Assembly (NCBI GenBank): GCA_951406725.2
Contig: OX597835.1
Span: 43,462,001-43,526,000 of the forward strand
From: Octopus vulgaris
Taxonomy: Eukaryota
Direction of reading: 5' to 3'
DNA length: 64,000 bases
In this document: positions 12,771-25,757 of the stretch, piece by piece
Position numbering within the stretch: position 1 is the first letter of the stretch
Layout: every line of letters begins with the position of its first letter
Translations under genes and position numbers: made by a program
The notes under the pieces: generated by a model
Databases searched by the model: none
What the model saw: only the letters and a program-made list of their open reading frames with translations
Told to the model about the DNA's origin: nothing

Positions 12771-13027
12771 TCGGTCCCATAATAGTCATTGAAATCCAAG
12801 AATCCTTGTTTACCGTTTTAACATACACTTTCCTGTCTGGTTTTCACAAAGACTGTCGGTTAACATGCTGTTTACCGTCGTAAAAGAAAGGAAAGTAAAT
12901 TGGGATAGAAACCGGAAGTGACGACACTGACATCCCATAAATCCATGCGAGCTATGTATGATATAACCAATGTATATAATGTATATATACTTAATACAAC
13001 ATGAATACTGTAGGTATATATTTTATA

Positions 13028-13323
13028 CAGGCGTGGCTGTGTAGTAAGAAGTTTGCTTTTCAACCACATGGTTTTGGGTTCAGTACCACTGCGCGACACC
13101 CTGGGTAAGCGTCTTCAGCTATAGCCTCAAAAGCCTTCTGAGTGGATTTAGTAGGCGAAAAATGAAAGCAGTCCGACGTCCGATCACCGAAGTTAAGCAA
13201 GGTCGAGCCTAGTAAGTACTTAGATGGGTGACCGCTTGGGAAACCTAGGTGCTGTGAGCATCTCACTTAAGGCGGCGGTGCTCCAGCATGGCTGCAGTCA
13301 AATGACTGAAACATGTAAAAGAG
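13028..13323 (+). mobile_element. Chimeric SINE: family A head + 5S rRNA fragment + family A tail
   Basis: Family A 5' half (13028-13179), then 5S sequence (13177-13261), then GGCGGTGCTCCAGCATGG..GACTGAAACATGTAAAAGAG. Confidence 0.85.
13177..13261 (+). rRNA. 5S: 5S rRNA fragment (approximately nt 36-120; 5'-truncated pseudogene)
   Basis: CGTCCGATCACCGAAGTTAAGCAAGGTCGAGCCTAGTAAGTACTTAGATGGGTGACCGCTTGGGAAACCTAGGTGCTGTGAGCAT matches the 3' two-thirds of metazoan 5S rRNA, including the box A and box C regions. No oligo-T terminator follows. Confidence 0.92.
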
Positions 13324-13336
13324 TGTATATATATAT

Positions 13337-13920
13337 AGGCGTAGGAGTGACTGTTGCTTACTAACCACATAGTTCCGTGTTCAGTCCCACTGCGTGGCAC
13401 CTTGGGCAAGTGTCTTCTACTATAGCCTCGGGCTGACCAAAGCTTTTTGAGTGGATTTGGCAGACGGAAACTGAAAGAAGCCCGTATATATATGTGTATG
13501 TGTGTTTGTTCCCCCAACATCGCTTGACAACCGATGCTGATGTTTTTACGTCCTCGTAACTTAGCGGTTCGGCAAAAGAGACGGATTGAATAAGTACTAG
13601 GCTAACAAAGAATAAGTCATGGGGTCGATTTGCTCGACTAAAGGCTCCAGTATGGCCACAGTCAAATGACTGAAACAAATAAAAGTATATATATATATAG
13701 TGTGTGTGTGTCTTTGTGTTTGTGTTTGTCCCTCGCCACCGCTTGATAATCGGTGTTGGTGTGTATACGTCCCAGTAACTTTGCAGTTCGGCAAAAGAAA
13801 ACCGATAAAATAAGAACCAGGCCTTATAAAAAAATAAGTACTGGGATCGATTCGTTCGACTACATATCTTCAAGGTGATGCCCCAGCATGGCCGCCGCCT
13901 ATTGACTGAAACAAGGAAAA
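13337..13920 (+). mobile_element. SINE family A full copy (13337-13684) plus a second 3' half (13700-13920)
   Basis: Family consensus modules. Confidence 0.85.
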
Positions 13921-15156
13921 GACAAACGATGAAAACAATCACATAACATCCATTGATACACAGAATGAGATCCATGAATATTTCTTCATTATCCCTAAAT
14001 CTGTTTCGCCCCACAAGCCCCTGAAGCCATGAAAATAAATCATTAGCAGTCCCCTATTCTGGCCTAAGTTCCTTTTGTCGTCGCTTACACTTTTTATCGC
14101 AATTTACTTTCATTGTTTTAGAACGACTTACTTTCACTTTTTTTACGAAGCTAAACTACGTTAAACCAGATTATGACCCTAAGCATTTTCCCCTCAATAA
14201 TCTTTCTTTAAACTTATCAACTTCGCTACTTCCCCACTCACCCAAATCTACCCCCTTGTTTTCAGCAATCTCGGAACTGATGTTACTTCTACACCCCCTC
14301 CTCGTCTTACTTTTCTAAATAACAAGCTAACGAACTAATTTTCTTATTGTATGTTCACCGTTCTTCACATTGTTTCTGTTCCTTCGTTGTTAATGGCATC
14401 GTTCCCAAAACTTAACCAAACAGTAATTCGTTTGCCACAAGTCTTTTTTACTCTATTAACGTCGACAATTCTTACAATAAACAAACATTTCTTCCATTCC
14501 TACAACCTGGGATTCATTTGTGACGTAGCAAATTCTGGCTACCAACAGAGGCGTAACAAGGCGAAGTCGGTTGAGGAGGGGAAGTTGATCTTTGGATACA
14601 GATGTGATAGGGTGCAAGATTTATCTCTGATCTATGAGGCTTTCTGATGAAGGTGAAGGCGCCCCGAAATGTCTTTTTGCACCTAAGCGCTGAGAACTTT
14701 GCTTTGTCAGTGGCTACCATTTCTTTTAAATGAGGTGTCAGAACATCGATATAGTCACTTCATCTACAAGAAATAGCAGCCAAATCTCCCTCAAGTTATG
14801 TCCTACTATTGTTTATAATTTTTTTTTTTTGTAATTGAAAAATATATTGGATAATGCTGTGCTACGATTGTTTTGTTTGAATAAGCCACGGCTGGAACGT
14901 ATTTAATCATAGGTGTCCTTGAAAATGACTGACCGAGGACAAAACAACAACAGCAGCAGTGACAGCAACAACAACATCTTGAATGAAACCAAGGGCGATA
15001 AACTTCTGTAAATCAAGACAGCGACAGGGTTTCGAATACAGGTACACACACACACACACACACACGAACACACGCGCATACATTGAACATGTGCGGGTAT
15101 ATATGTATGCATACGTGTGTGTACGCGTTTAAGTATGTTTATGGATGTAAATATAT

Positions 15157-15520
15157 ACTCTTTTACTTGTTTCAGCCATGCTGGAGCACCGCCTTTAATC
15201 GGGCAACTCGACTTATTCTTTTGTAAGCCCAGTACTTATTCTATCGGTCTCTTTTGCCGAACCGCTAAGTAACGGGGACATAAACACACCAGCATCAGTT
15301 GTCAAGCAATGCTAGGGGGACAAACACAGACACACAAACGCATATATACATATATAAAATATACGATGGGCTTCTTTCAGTTTCTGTCTACCAAATCCAC
15401 TCACAAGGCTTTGATCGGCCTGAGGCTATAGTAGAAGACACTTGCCCAAGGTGCCACGGAGTGGGACTGAACCCGGAACCATGTGGTTGGTAAGCAAGCT
15501 ACTTACCACACAGCCTGTGC
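15157..15520 (-). mobile_element. SINE family A
   Basis: Family consensus modules with small deletions. Confidence 0.88.
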
Positions 15521-15719
15521 CTATATATATATACACACACACACAGATACATACGTATACACAAGCATACATATACATATATCCTTTACCTTCTACTTGC
15601 TTCAGTCATAGACTGCGGCCATGCTGGGGTACTGCCTTGAAGAATTTTAATCGAAGGAATCGACTTATTTTTTTAACCGCCGGGAGTTGTTGAACTTGTT
15701 GCAAACAATAGCTCTAATT

Positions 15720-15928
15720 GTTTTCACTTCAATAGACGTCATTGATTGGCTGAAATTGCCGAAATGCAAGAAATTAAACAAGAAATAGCTTACAAACTAC
15801 ATAATTTTCTCAAGAACGCCAAGAGAAAAAGATGTTTTATAAACACATTCTACCAGTATACGAAGTTTAAAAGTGTTTCGTTACGTGGAAATTATTTTTA
15901 AGATCTGCCGGTCAAAGTGAAAAGATCC
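15720..15928 (+). mobile_element. Merlin-like MITE, diverged right half
   Basis: Matches the family body and a degenerate right TIR ..GAAAAGATCC. Confidence 0.8.
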
Positions 15929-17227
15929 CAGAGTGGTCCCTAGGTTGGTGGGCTGCCGTACAGCTATAGCCCAGCAAATTTCAGTCTTCAAGTTTCTAGT
16001 CGAACGAGGAAATAGTAAAAGACACTTGGCTAAGGTACCATGCAGCGGAAAGGTACCATACATCACGTATTTGGAAAGCGAACCTCTTAACTATACAGTC
16101 ACAACGACCCTTCTTTTAGAATAAAAATAGGAAGTAAAAATGAAAATGAAATTACAATCGTAAATCGAACGCGAGTCGCAGACAGCGCGTTAAACGGGAT
16201 TTCCCTAATGGTGTGTTAAAATATTAGGCCAGGTAGATTTTCAGCAGAACTCGAGAGAGATAAGGCTGAGATATTTTTAGTCATGATGACAGCCTAGAGG
16301 GTGGAAATGGAGAGGAAGATATTCCCTGATAATAGAACACTTGGAATTTGAGTGAAGGTGTTTGTTGTAATCGAGTGGGAAAGAGAGGGAGACAATGGAA
16401 GAGGGTGTATGTGTGAGTTGGAGCGGGTGGAAGTGTGAGCGAAAGTTGGAGTGAGAGAGGGAGGGGGTATGTAAGCGAACTAATGTCCTTCTGTGTGAGA
16501 GAGAGAGCTACTGCCATTATATGTGTATGTATGTATACATACATACATATATATATATATGACTATGTATGTGTGTGTGAGTGAATGTGTATGTTTGTAT
16601 ATTAATGTGTGTGAATAATCATGTATAGTAACTATTTATGTGTATGTGCGTGTGTGTCAGCGACTGTATGTAAGAGAGAGAGAGCGTGTATGTATATGCG
16701 TGAGAGTTGATGTTTATGAGCGTGTGTATGTGTATTTATATCCATGTGTGCGTTACTATGTACGCGTGTGTGCGTGAATGAGTGGAAGAGAAAAAAGTGG
16801 GGGAAGGGGAGGTAGAGAAAGAAGAAATGCAAAGTAGCGGAACAAATTGGGGAAGAGGGAGGAGTAGGAGGTAAGATAGAGAAAGAAGGAGGAAAAAGAG
16901 AAAGAGTAATAGAAGTATGTTATAGGGAAATAGGAAAGGGGGAAGTAATGAAGAGTATAAAGAAATAAAGAAAGAGTAAGAGATAATAAGAGGGGTAGAG
17001 GTAAAAGAAATAAGAGAGAGGGTGTAAATGGGGATGATGTAATAAAAACAGAGTTAAATGAGTGAGTAAAAGTGACAGAATAAAGACAAGAGAGAGTAAA
17101 AGTGAGAGTCGGCAAGAGAGAGGTAAAGGAAAGATGAGCTGAGAGAAAGAGAGATGAGCGTGAATGAGTGAGTGATGAGAGAGAGAGAGATAGTAGTAAG
17201 ATAGATTGCTCACAGAGGAAGTGCTAA

Positions 17228-17453
17228 AAGAGAGAGAAAGTGTTAAGAGTGTGTGAGAGAGAGAGAGAAAGTATTAAGAGTGTGTGTGAGAGAGAGAGAA
17301 AGTGTTAAGAGTGTGTGAGAGAGAGAGAGAAAGTGTTAAGAGTGTGTGTGAGAGAGAGAGAAAGTGTTAAGAGTGTGTGTGAGAGAGAGAGAAAGTGTTA
17401 AGAGTGTGTGAGAGAGAGAGAGAAAGTGTTAAGAGTGTGTGAGAGAGAGAGAG
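17228..17453. repeat. ~30-bp minisatellite (AG)nAAAGTGTTAAGAGT(GT)n
   Basis: About eight tandem units of a compound-microsatellite monomer. Confidence 0.9.
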
Positions 17454-18726
17454 ATTATGTAAGAAAGTGAAGATAATAAGAAATGCGTAAAGAGAAAGAG
17501 AGAGAGAAGGAGAAGGAAAGATGAAGGAGGGAGCGATTGAGCGGGCAAGATGGAGGCGTGTGTCGGCTGTTGGCAGATAAATGGATAAAGTCGAGGGTAA
17601 AATGACTGAATGATGTTCGGATTGTTGAGGATTTGACTGAGTTTAATGAAGGTGACCAAAGTAAAGCGGTTTTGATGGTTGTTAATAATGGCTGTGAGGG
17701 AGGAGGAGGTGGGAAGTAAATGAACAATGACCAATGGTTTGGTAAAGACCAATTACTGTGTGGTCGTCTGGTTGTGTGTGTGAGTGATTGTATGGTTAGT
17801 ATGTGTGATTGTCTAGTATGTGTGTCTATGTGATTGATTGTAGGTGTGTGTGTGTATGTAAATGATTGTGCATAATGGTGTATAGATGTGATTAAACAGT
17901 TGAGTGTGTGTGTGCGTGCGTGTTCGTCATTATGTATGTGTATGATCGCCTAGTTATAGTTATGTGTGAGAGTGATTGTGTATAGTGGTATATGTGTGTG
18001 ATTGCGTATGATGATGTAATTGTGTGATTGTCTCGTTGTAGGTGTGTGTATGTGTGACTGTATAGTTGTGTACATGAGTGATCGTGTAGTTGAATATATG
18101 TATGTAATTGTCTAGTTGTATGTGTGTGTGTAATTGATTATGTATAGTGGCGTATGTGTGTGTGTGGTTCATTGCATGTTTATGTATATGTGTGTGATTG
18201 TCTAACTGTGTAAGCTATTGTCGTGTGTATGTGTGTGTCTGGTTTTATATGTGCGTGTGTAAGCACGTAGCCTGGCTATGCATGTGTATCATTGACTATC
18301 TGTGTGTGTAAATGATTGTATATGATAGTGTTAATGTGATTAAAGTTATGTGTATGTGTGTTATTGTCTGGCAATGTGTGTGTGGTTGTACATGGTGGTG
18401 TATGTGTGTGATTGATTGTATGTATGCATGCGTGACTGTGTAAAGTTATCTATGCGTGTGGGTGTGATTGAGTATGAGGTTATGACTGGATGAGTGTGCG
18501 TCTGTGTGTGTCCCGTTACATGTGTGTATGTGGTTGTCTGGTTTTATGTGTGTGTGTCTGAGATTGGCTTCGTGTATGTATTTAAGATGGTGTGTGTGTG
18601 TGTGTGATTGCATATGGTTTGGCATTTGTGTGATTGTCTGACTGTTATTTGTATGTATGATTATCTGGCTGTATGTGATTGGGTGTGTATAAGTATATAT
18701 GTCTAGTTGTATGGATGTATGTATAT

Positions 18727-19368
<642 letters not shown>

Positions 19369-19377
19369 ACGTATATA

Positions 19378-19511
19378 TCTATATATATAAAACTCTAGTT
19401 GTGTGAGTGTCTGTCCCCTTCGATTTAGATTCCTAACTCCTCCCACATTTTGCGATGCAGTTTAACCAAATTCGGGTATCTTATAGTCGTGATTCATATC
19501 GAGCCCGTCTG

Positions 19512-19543
<32 letters not shown>

Positions 19544-19786
19544 TATATGGCGGCGGAGTTGCGTCCACGCTCACAGCTGCACCTGTTTGCTTCTCCCCTT
19601 CCCTCCCTCGTGAAGCTGTGGGGAAGGGAGTGTAAAGAAATCAACGTCGTAATGCGTTGTGAAGGAAACCAGCGTTCTTTTAGAACAACGACTTCATGGC
19701 TTGAAGACACCAAAACAAAATGGCTAAGAAAGCCGAAATTATAAGGAAGTAACTCTCTAAAAATGCTGTTATTTCCCTACAAACCC
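19378..19786 (+). mobile_element. Non-autonomous Helitron variant with a different internal segment, 3' end lost
   Basis: The 5' TC end and first ~130 bp match 2906-3035, and 19740-19786 matches parts of its 3' region. 19547-19740 is not in the other copies. Confidence 0.75.
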
Positions 19787-20474
19787 GTGTGTGTGTGTGT
19801 GTGTGTGGTGCGAGTGTGATTAATCTAGTTGTATCTGAGTGTGTATGCGTGTACACATGATTATGGTGAAGTAAATATGTGTGAGTTGTATAATGCAAAT
19901 AAATATGAGAACAGTGCGTATGTAGTTATTTAGCCCCGGGTCAACCACGTTGAGGCTGACTTCTATTCAAAGGGATTCCAGCTATGACCAGCCTGTTGTG
20001 TTTTTTTAAGAATTAATATACGGTCCCACTATTTAATGTATTCTGTTATAAGAAGACATCTGATATAGTATTTAGCTTCCATTTTAAACGAGTTCAGCAT
20101 CATGGACACCCCACCCACCCCCATCGCTGTCTCGTATAATTAATTAACCTGTGTGTTAATTATAATTTGTTTGACTGGTTAAAATCATTGTCAACTCTCA
20201 CTTAAAATATCTTCTACATAAACTAATAATAAAAACAGTTACTGATAATGTAATTAACGCAGTCAATACTAATTATTAATGCAGTGAGCATTTACTATGT
20301 AATTATGCTTTTCATGCTCCCGACGTTAATCCTTTAGCACTGAAACCAGCCATATCAGGCCTTACTCACCTACCCTACCATGTTATGTTGAACATAAGCA
20401 ATCACATCATCGAAATATCGAAGCTATAAGACAATACATGATTAATTTAAAACGATGTGAATAAATAAGCATTA

Positions 20475-20891
20475 GGATCTTTTCGGTTTGAACGGCAGTT
20501 TTTAAAAATAATTTCCACGTAACTAAACACTTTAAAACTTCGTATACTGGTAGAATGTGTTTATAAAACATCTTTTTCTCTTGGCTTTATTGAGAAAATT
20601 CTATCGTTTGTAAGATATTTGTTATTGTTTTTTTCTTCAATTTCTGCAATTTCAACCAATCAATGACGTCTATTGAGGTAAAAACATTCTGTGCCGTATG
20701 AATATGTCCCTCGTTTAAGAAACATATTGAGTTTATTTACATTTGTGAAGAAAAAAGATACCCTTCCCCCACCCCTAACCCTAACCCCAAAACCGATTGA
20801 AATGCAATAGATCGATACTAGGGTCATAATTATGGGTGACGATTTCATATGACACCGCTAGAAAAAACTGCCGTTCAAACCGAAAAGATCC
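20475..20891 (-). mobile_element. Merlin-like MITE, complete, 8-bp TSD
   Basis: TIRs at both ends. TSD AAGCATTA at 20467-20474 and 20892-20899. Confidence 0.92.
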
Positions 20892-20974
20892 AAGCATTAC
20901 ATTTGACAGAGAAATCTGAATATTAACATAGGTTTTTCACGTGAATAGCGTCACGGAGAAATTAACTTAGAGAG

Positions 20975-21316
20975 CTCATTCATCCATCAATCCATTTTTC
21001 TGTTCACAATTCCTGAGAGATTCGTGAGGGCATAGTCTTTAATCACCTCCTCCATAAGGTCCTCTATCAGAGGTTGGATACCCAAGAGTGGCCAACTGGC
21101 ACTATGGATATTGTCCACCGATCTTATTCTTGGTCTGCCCTTAGGTCTTCTGCCAATTGGCTCAGCTTGGAACATCTGTCTTGTAACTTTTTCCCGTGAC
21201 ATTCAAATCACGTCTTTAGTTCTGGCGTTGTGATCGTTCAATGCGGGGAAGTAGCAACTCGACCTAGTGAGAGACACTCCGATTTACGAGTTACGCACTC
21301 AGTTAAGTAAAGTTAC
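20975..21316 (-). mobile_element. RTE-clade LINE 3' fragment (decayed)
   Basis: Translation contains R.MF.AEPIGRRPKGRPR, typical of RTE C-termini, followed by a short 3' UTR and a GATG-type tail. Confidence 0.7.
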
Positions 21317-21603
21317 GGATCTTTTCAGTTTGAACGGCAGTTTTTTAAAATAATTTCCACGTAACTAAACACTTTTAAACTTCGTATGTGTTTATAAAAC
21401 ATCTTTTTCTCTTGGCTTTATTGAGAAAATTCTATAGTTTGTAAGATATTTGTTGTTTTTCTTCAATTTCTGCAATTTCAACCAATCAATGACGTCTATT
21501 GAGGTGAAAACATTCTGTGCTGTATGAATATGTCCCTCGTTTAAGAAACAGATTGGGTTTATTCACATTTGTGAAGAAAAAAAGATACCCTTCCCCCTAA
21601 CCC
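21317..21603 (-). mobile_element. Merlin-like MITE, truncated at its CCCTAA repeat by a SINE
   Basis: One TIR plus body. Confidence 0.85.
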
Positions 21604-21916
21604 AGTACTTTTGTTTCTTAAGCCTGGTCCTTATTTTAGCGGTGACTTTTACCGAGCCGCTAAGTTACGGGGACGTGAACACATCAACACCAGCTGTCAA
21701 GTTGTGGTTGGGGACATAGACAGACCATAGACACACACGCGCACATACACATACGACGGACTTCTTTCAGTGTCCGTCAACCGAATCCACTCACAAGGCT
21801 TTGGACGGCCCGAGACTATAGTAGAGGACACTTGGCCAAGGTGCCACACATTGGGACTGAACCTGGAACCATGTGGTTGAGAAGCAAGCTTCTTACCACA
21901 CAGCTACGCCAGCGCC
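21604..21916 (-). mobile_element. SINE family A (diverged, tail missing)
   Basis: Family modules. Confidence 0.8.
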
Positions 21917-21995
21917 TTTTTATTAATAATTTTTGTGAAATCAATAAAAATGTTATGAAACCTTTAACAATGAATTTCAATAATCAATTTCAATA

Positions 21996-22365
21996 GGAGT
22001 GGCTGTGTGGTAAGTAGCTTGCTTACCAACCACATGGTTCCAGGTTCATTCCCACTGCGTGGCACCTTAGGCAAGTGGCTTCTACTATAGCCTCGGGTCG
22101 ACCAAAGCCTTGTGAGTGGATTTGGTAGACGGAAACTGAAAGAAGACCGTCGTATATGTGTATATATATATGAGACGCCATGATAGATCGTTAGCTACTA
22201 CACATTTTTTTCTCTCCTTGTTTTTTTTCTGTGTATCTTTCTCTAGAAGAGCGTAGGCTCGAAACGTAAAAGACTTTTTCTATTCCTGAGCGTTATACTA
22301 ATACATCTGTTTGTTTTGTACACCACCTGTCTTCGTCTTTTGTTTTTTCCGTAAACTTTCCCTAA

Positions 22366-22404
<39 letters not shown>

Positions 22405-22550
22405 TCCCCCAAACATCGCTTGCTGGTGCGTTTCGGCAAAAGAGACCGATAGAATAAGTACTAGGCTTGCAAAGTCGATTTGCTCGTCTAAAGGCGGTGC
22501 TACAGCATGACCACAGTCAAATGACTGAAAGAAGTAAAAGAGTAAAAGAA
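21996..22550 (+). mobile_element. SINE family A interrupted in its central microsatellite by a Penelope-like fragment (22172-22365)
   Basis: SINE 5' and 3' halves flank a segment homologous to 29482-29690. Confidence 0.85.
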
Positions 22551-22595
22551 CGAAAGAAAATTAACATTTACAATGGAATTTTACGATACACAGCA

Positions 22596-22708
22596 AACCT
22601 TAACGCTAACCCTAATGCTAAACCATAATGATAAACCTTAACCTTAACTCTTAGCCCTCACCCTAGACCTTAACTATAATCCTAATCTAAACGGTAACCC
22701 TGAAACTA
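22596..22708. repeat. Degenerate telomere-like (CCCTAA)n array
   Basis: About 18 hexamer units such as CCTTAA, CGCTAA, CCCTAA and CCCTAG. Confidence 0.75.
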
Positions 22709-23034
22709 ATTCCACAGTGGTATCCATTACTTGTTATGGTAAACCGTGACTAAACGAGGTGTAATATTTTCTCAAGATAACAATGATAAAAATGAACGAT
22801 CAGATATGTTAGGTCACTGCCATCACATCTTAAGTAGTTATTTAGCAATTATATGCTTCAAGTAGTAATGTGTGTGTGTGTGTGTGTGTGTATTAATTTG
22901 TACTTAAAGCAGATATGCTGATTGCTAAACTGCAGTATTCGTCTGTAAATAGCATCTGATATAGACGCATAGAGTTATAGAAGACGAAGATATATCAGAA
23001 GTAGACGGAAATCGTCCAGCAGCAGAGGTGGCGT

Positions 23035-23077
23035 TGCTAAATACGTATTTCTGCATCTTTGGGCTTCGTCAGTAGCA
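23035..23077 (-). ncRNA. Minimal hammerhead-like motif
   Basis: Minus strand reads TGCTA-CTGACGA-(weak stem II)-GAA-ATACGTAT (palindrome)-T-TAGCA. Confidence 0.55.
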
Positions 23078-23496
23078 GTCATCCACTTGCATCCACATAC
23101 TAAGATAAAATAAGACGCTACTTATATCGCAAAACAATGACTGAAAAATCACTGATGACGCAACTAGCTGGCAGACTGAATAAAAATTCGTTATGTGCGA
23201 CAGACGCAGCATTAGTTCGAAATAGCAATCTGAGTATGATACTTAAAATAGACACATCGTTGGAAGCTTGGTAAACTGTGCAGTTCGCCTCGCCGGCCAA
23301 ATGTGATATCAGTGATTTGCTTTCCAGCAAACTCGTGATGGTCGTAGTTGCGTATCAATTGCGTGTGGAGAAAGAATATATCTGGTTGGTTAAAATTGTA
23401 AAAATAAATTCAATCGTTAAAGTTTCTGAACTTCGTCTTCTTATTATTCCCAAACTTTTTCGGGTTGCTGCCCCCTTGACATCCAACCCATATTGG

Positions 23497-24140
23497 TGGC
23501 ACAAGATCAAAGCTTGCTTACCAAAAAACTACCAGTCTATCGTTCTTCAAAACGGTTCTGATTCTAAATGCAGATTATGCGACACATTTAACGAAACAAT
23601 AGACCATCTCGTCTCGGGATGTTCTGTGCTGACACCAAACAAATGTAAAAATCGCCACGATAGGGTAGGATAGTATTTACATTGGAACATATGTAAATAC
23701 TACAAAATCTACACTCCTGCTTACTGGTATGAACATCAACTTGAGCCAATCGTTGAAGGTAAAAATGTCATTTTCCCCTGGGATTTTCCAGTCAACACTG
23801 ACAGAACGATCCAGGCTAATCGACCAGACATCATTATTAAAGATAGGGAAGAAAATACTTGTAGACTAATAGATGTAAGTGTTCCTATTGATAAAAGTAT
23901 ATCTGTAAAGGAATTTGACAAACTAATTAAATATAACGACCTGGAAATTGAAATACAAAAGATGTGGCATCTTAAAGCAAGAACTGTTCCTGTTATTGTA
24001 GGTGTCCTTGGTATGATAAAAAAGGGATGTCAGAAACGTCTAGATAGCATCTCAGGAGAACCATGTCTCAGAGAAATCCAGAAGGTTGTTGCTGACAAGT
24101 ACTGCCCACATCCTTATAAAAAACCCTATCCATTTAGATG
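23497..24140 (+). pseudogene. R4/Dong-clade non-LTR retrotransposon C-terminus (CCHC finger + restriction-like endonuclease)
   Basis: CRLC...ETIDHLVSGC...RHDRVG*YLHW..C...WYEH...WDFPV.TDRTI.ANRPDI...LIDVSVP.D...KE.DKL.KY.DL.IEI.KMW...VPVIVG.LG. Near-contiguous frame with one stop. Confidence 0.92.
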
Positions 24141-25052
24141 TCTGTGTTGTATCACATGAAGATATTTTACTACTGCCCCTGCCGCCCCCACCCCCCAAGC
24201 CTTCAGTCAAAATGTAACAGCTCTTATCCTTCACTCGCCCCAGGACGCTGAGTGTGTCTCGGCGAGTGCTAACGATTCTGTCATGATAATAATAATAATC
24301 TTTTCTACTATAGGCACAAGGCCTGGATTTTTGTGGAGAGGCGGACAATGTATGTATGCATTACCATACCTCATCTCATCGAACCTAACCTGTTTCTCTC
24401 TCCTGCTCCCCTTTTCCACCTGGAACCGGGTGGAACACAACACTAAGTGCGGTTTTCATGGTAACAATCTGTTAATGCCCCGCTGTCTGTTGATTGGCTA
24501 AAATTACCCAAATTTCTCAATTTTAATTCCAAATAACACCAGATTCTTTCATTTACGAGTTAAAGTAATTGGATGATCGTAATTAAAATTCAGAATCGCA
24601 TCGATACACCAAAATTCAAAGCAATCTAAGTAAAATTAAATTGAAAAGATTAGATCCGTAGCTTCTGCTTCAGAACGTAGCGACGGGTGAAATACGTCTA
24701 AGAATTTTGCCCGGTGTGCTAACGATTCTGGCAGCTCGGACTTAATTTTTTAAAAGCCTAGTACTATTCTCTTTTGCTGCTAAGTTACGTGGACGTAAAT
24801 ACACCAACACCGGTTGTCAACAGGTGATGAGATACAAACACACGCAAAGACACGCACACATACACACACAACGGGCTTCTTTCAGTTTCCGTCTACTTGG
24901 CTTTGTTCGGCCCGAGGCTATTGTAGAAGACACCTAGCCAAGAGAAGTTACGAATAGAGTGTTCGCAGCAGCTGTCCATGCGTTTTGTTGCTGAGGGAGA
25001 GTGTGAGTGTGAGCGTGCGTGAGTATAAGTGTGCGTGAGTGTAAGTGTGTGT

Positions 25053-25372
25053 GGATCTTTTCCTTTTGAACGGCAGTTTTCAACACAATTTCTAGTTAAC
25101 TAAACACTTTAAAACTTCGTATACTGGTAGAATGTGTCAAAATAAAACATGTTTTTCTCTTGGCTTTCTTGAGAAAATTGTAATTTGTAAGTTTAACGTA
25201 GTTTAATTTTTCGAATTTTAACCAACCAATTGAGCTAAAATTTACAATTTTCTCAAGAAAGCTAAGAGAAAAAAATGTTTTATTTTGAAGCATTCTACCA
25301 GTATACAAAGTTTAAAAGTGTTTAGTTAACTAGAAATTGCGTTGAAAACTGCCGTTCAAAAGGAAAAGATCC
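25053..25372. mobile_element. Merlin-like MITE, symmetric subfamily with ~135-bp inverted arms, 8-bp TSD
   Basis: TIR GGATCTTTTCCTTTTGAACGGCAGTTTT. Both arms resemble the right arm of the common MITE. TSD GTGTGTGT, with an empty paralogous site near 26325. Confidence 0.9.
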
Positions 25373-25757
25373 GTGTGTGTATAAGTGTGTAGAGGCCATA
25401 ACATCGCCTTCTTCTCTTCTCATCAACAACGGTAGCAAATCATTTAACAACGCCACTGATGGCTGAGAGAACTTCTATGTGGTACGTCGATGTGCTAGAA
25501 ATAACAGTCAAATCTTCTCACTTAGGTTTGTTCGGCCCGAGGCTATAGTAGAAGACACCTACCCAAGATGTCACGCAGTGGGACAGAACCCGGAACCATG
25601 TGGTGAAGATGCAAGCTTCTTACCACACAGCCACGCCTGCCCTTTATGATATGTGCACAGCAAAAATGATTCAATATCAAATGTGAGTGAGTGTAGCAAC
25701 TGGCCCAAAAGGAATACAAAAGTTCGTTCACTGGAATAAATATCAATATCGTTAGAG

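Noticed and set aside
13177-13261. Functional 5S rRNA gene
   Set aside because: The first ~35 nt are missing, there is no terminator, and it is not in a tandem array.
14644-14673. Hammerhead-like cores at 14644 and ~27445
   Set aside because: CTGATGA and GAAA are present, but stem I (and stem III at 27445) does not pair. Probably decayed.
17228-17453. Regularly spaced repeats resembling a CRISPR array
   Set aside because: The spacers are just AG/GT microsatellite, the context is eukaryotic, and there are no cas genes.
22596-22708. True telomere or chromosome fusion site
   Set aside because: Short, highly degenerate and single orientation. Similar units are carried by local transposons.
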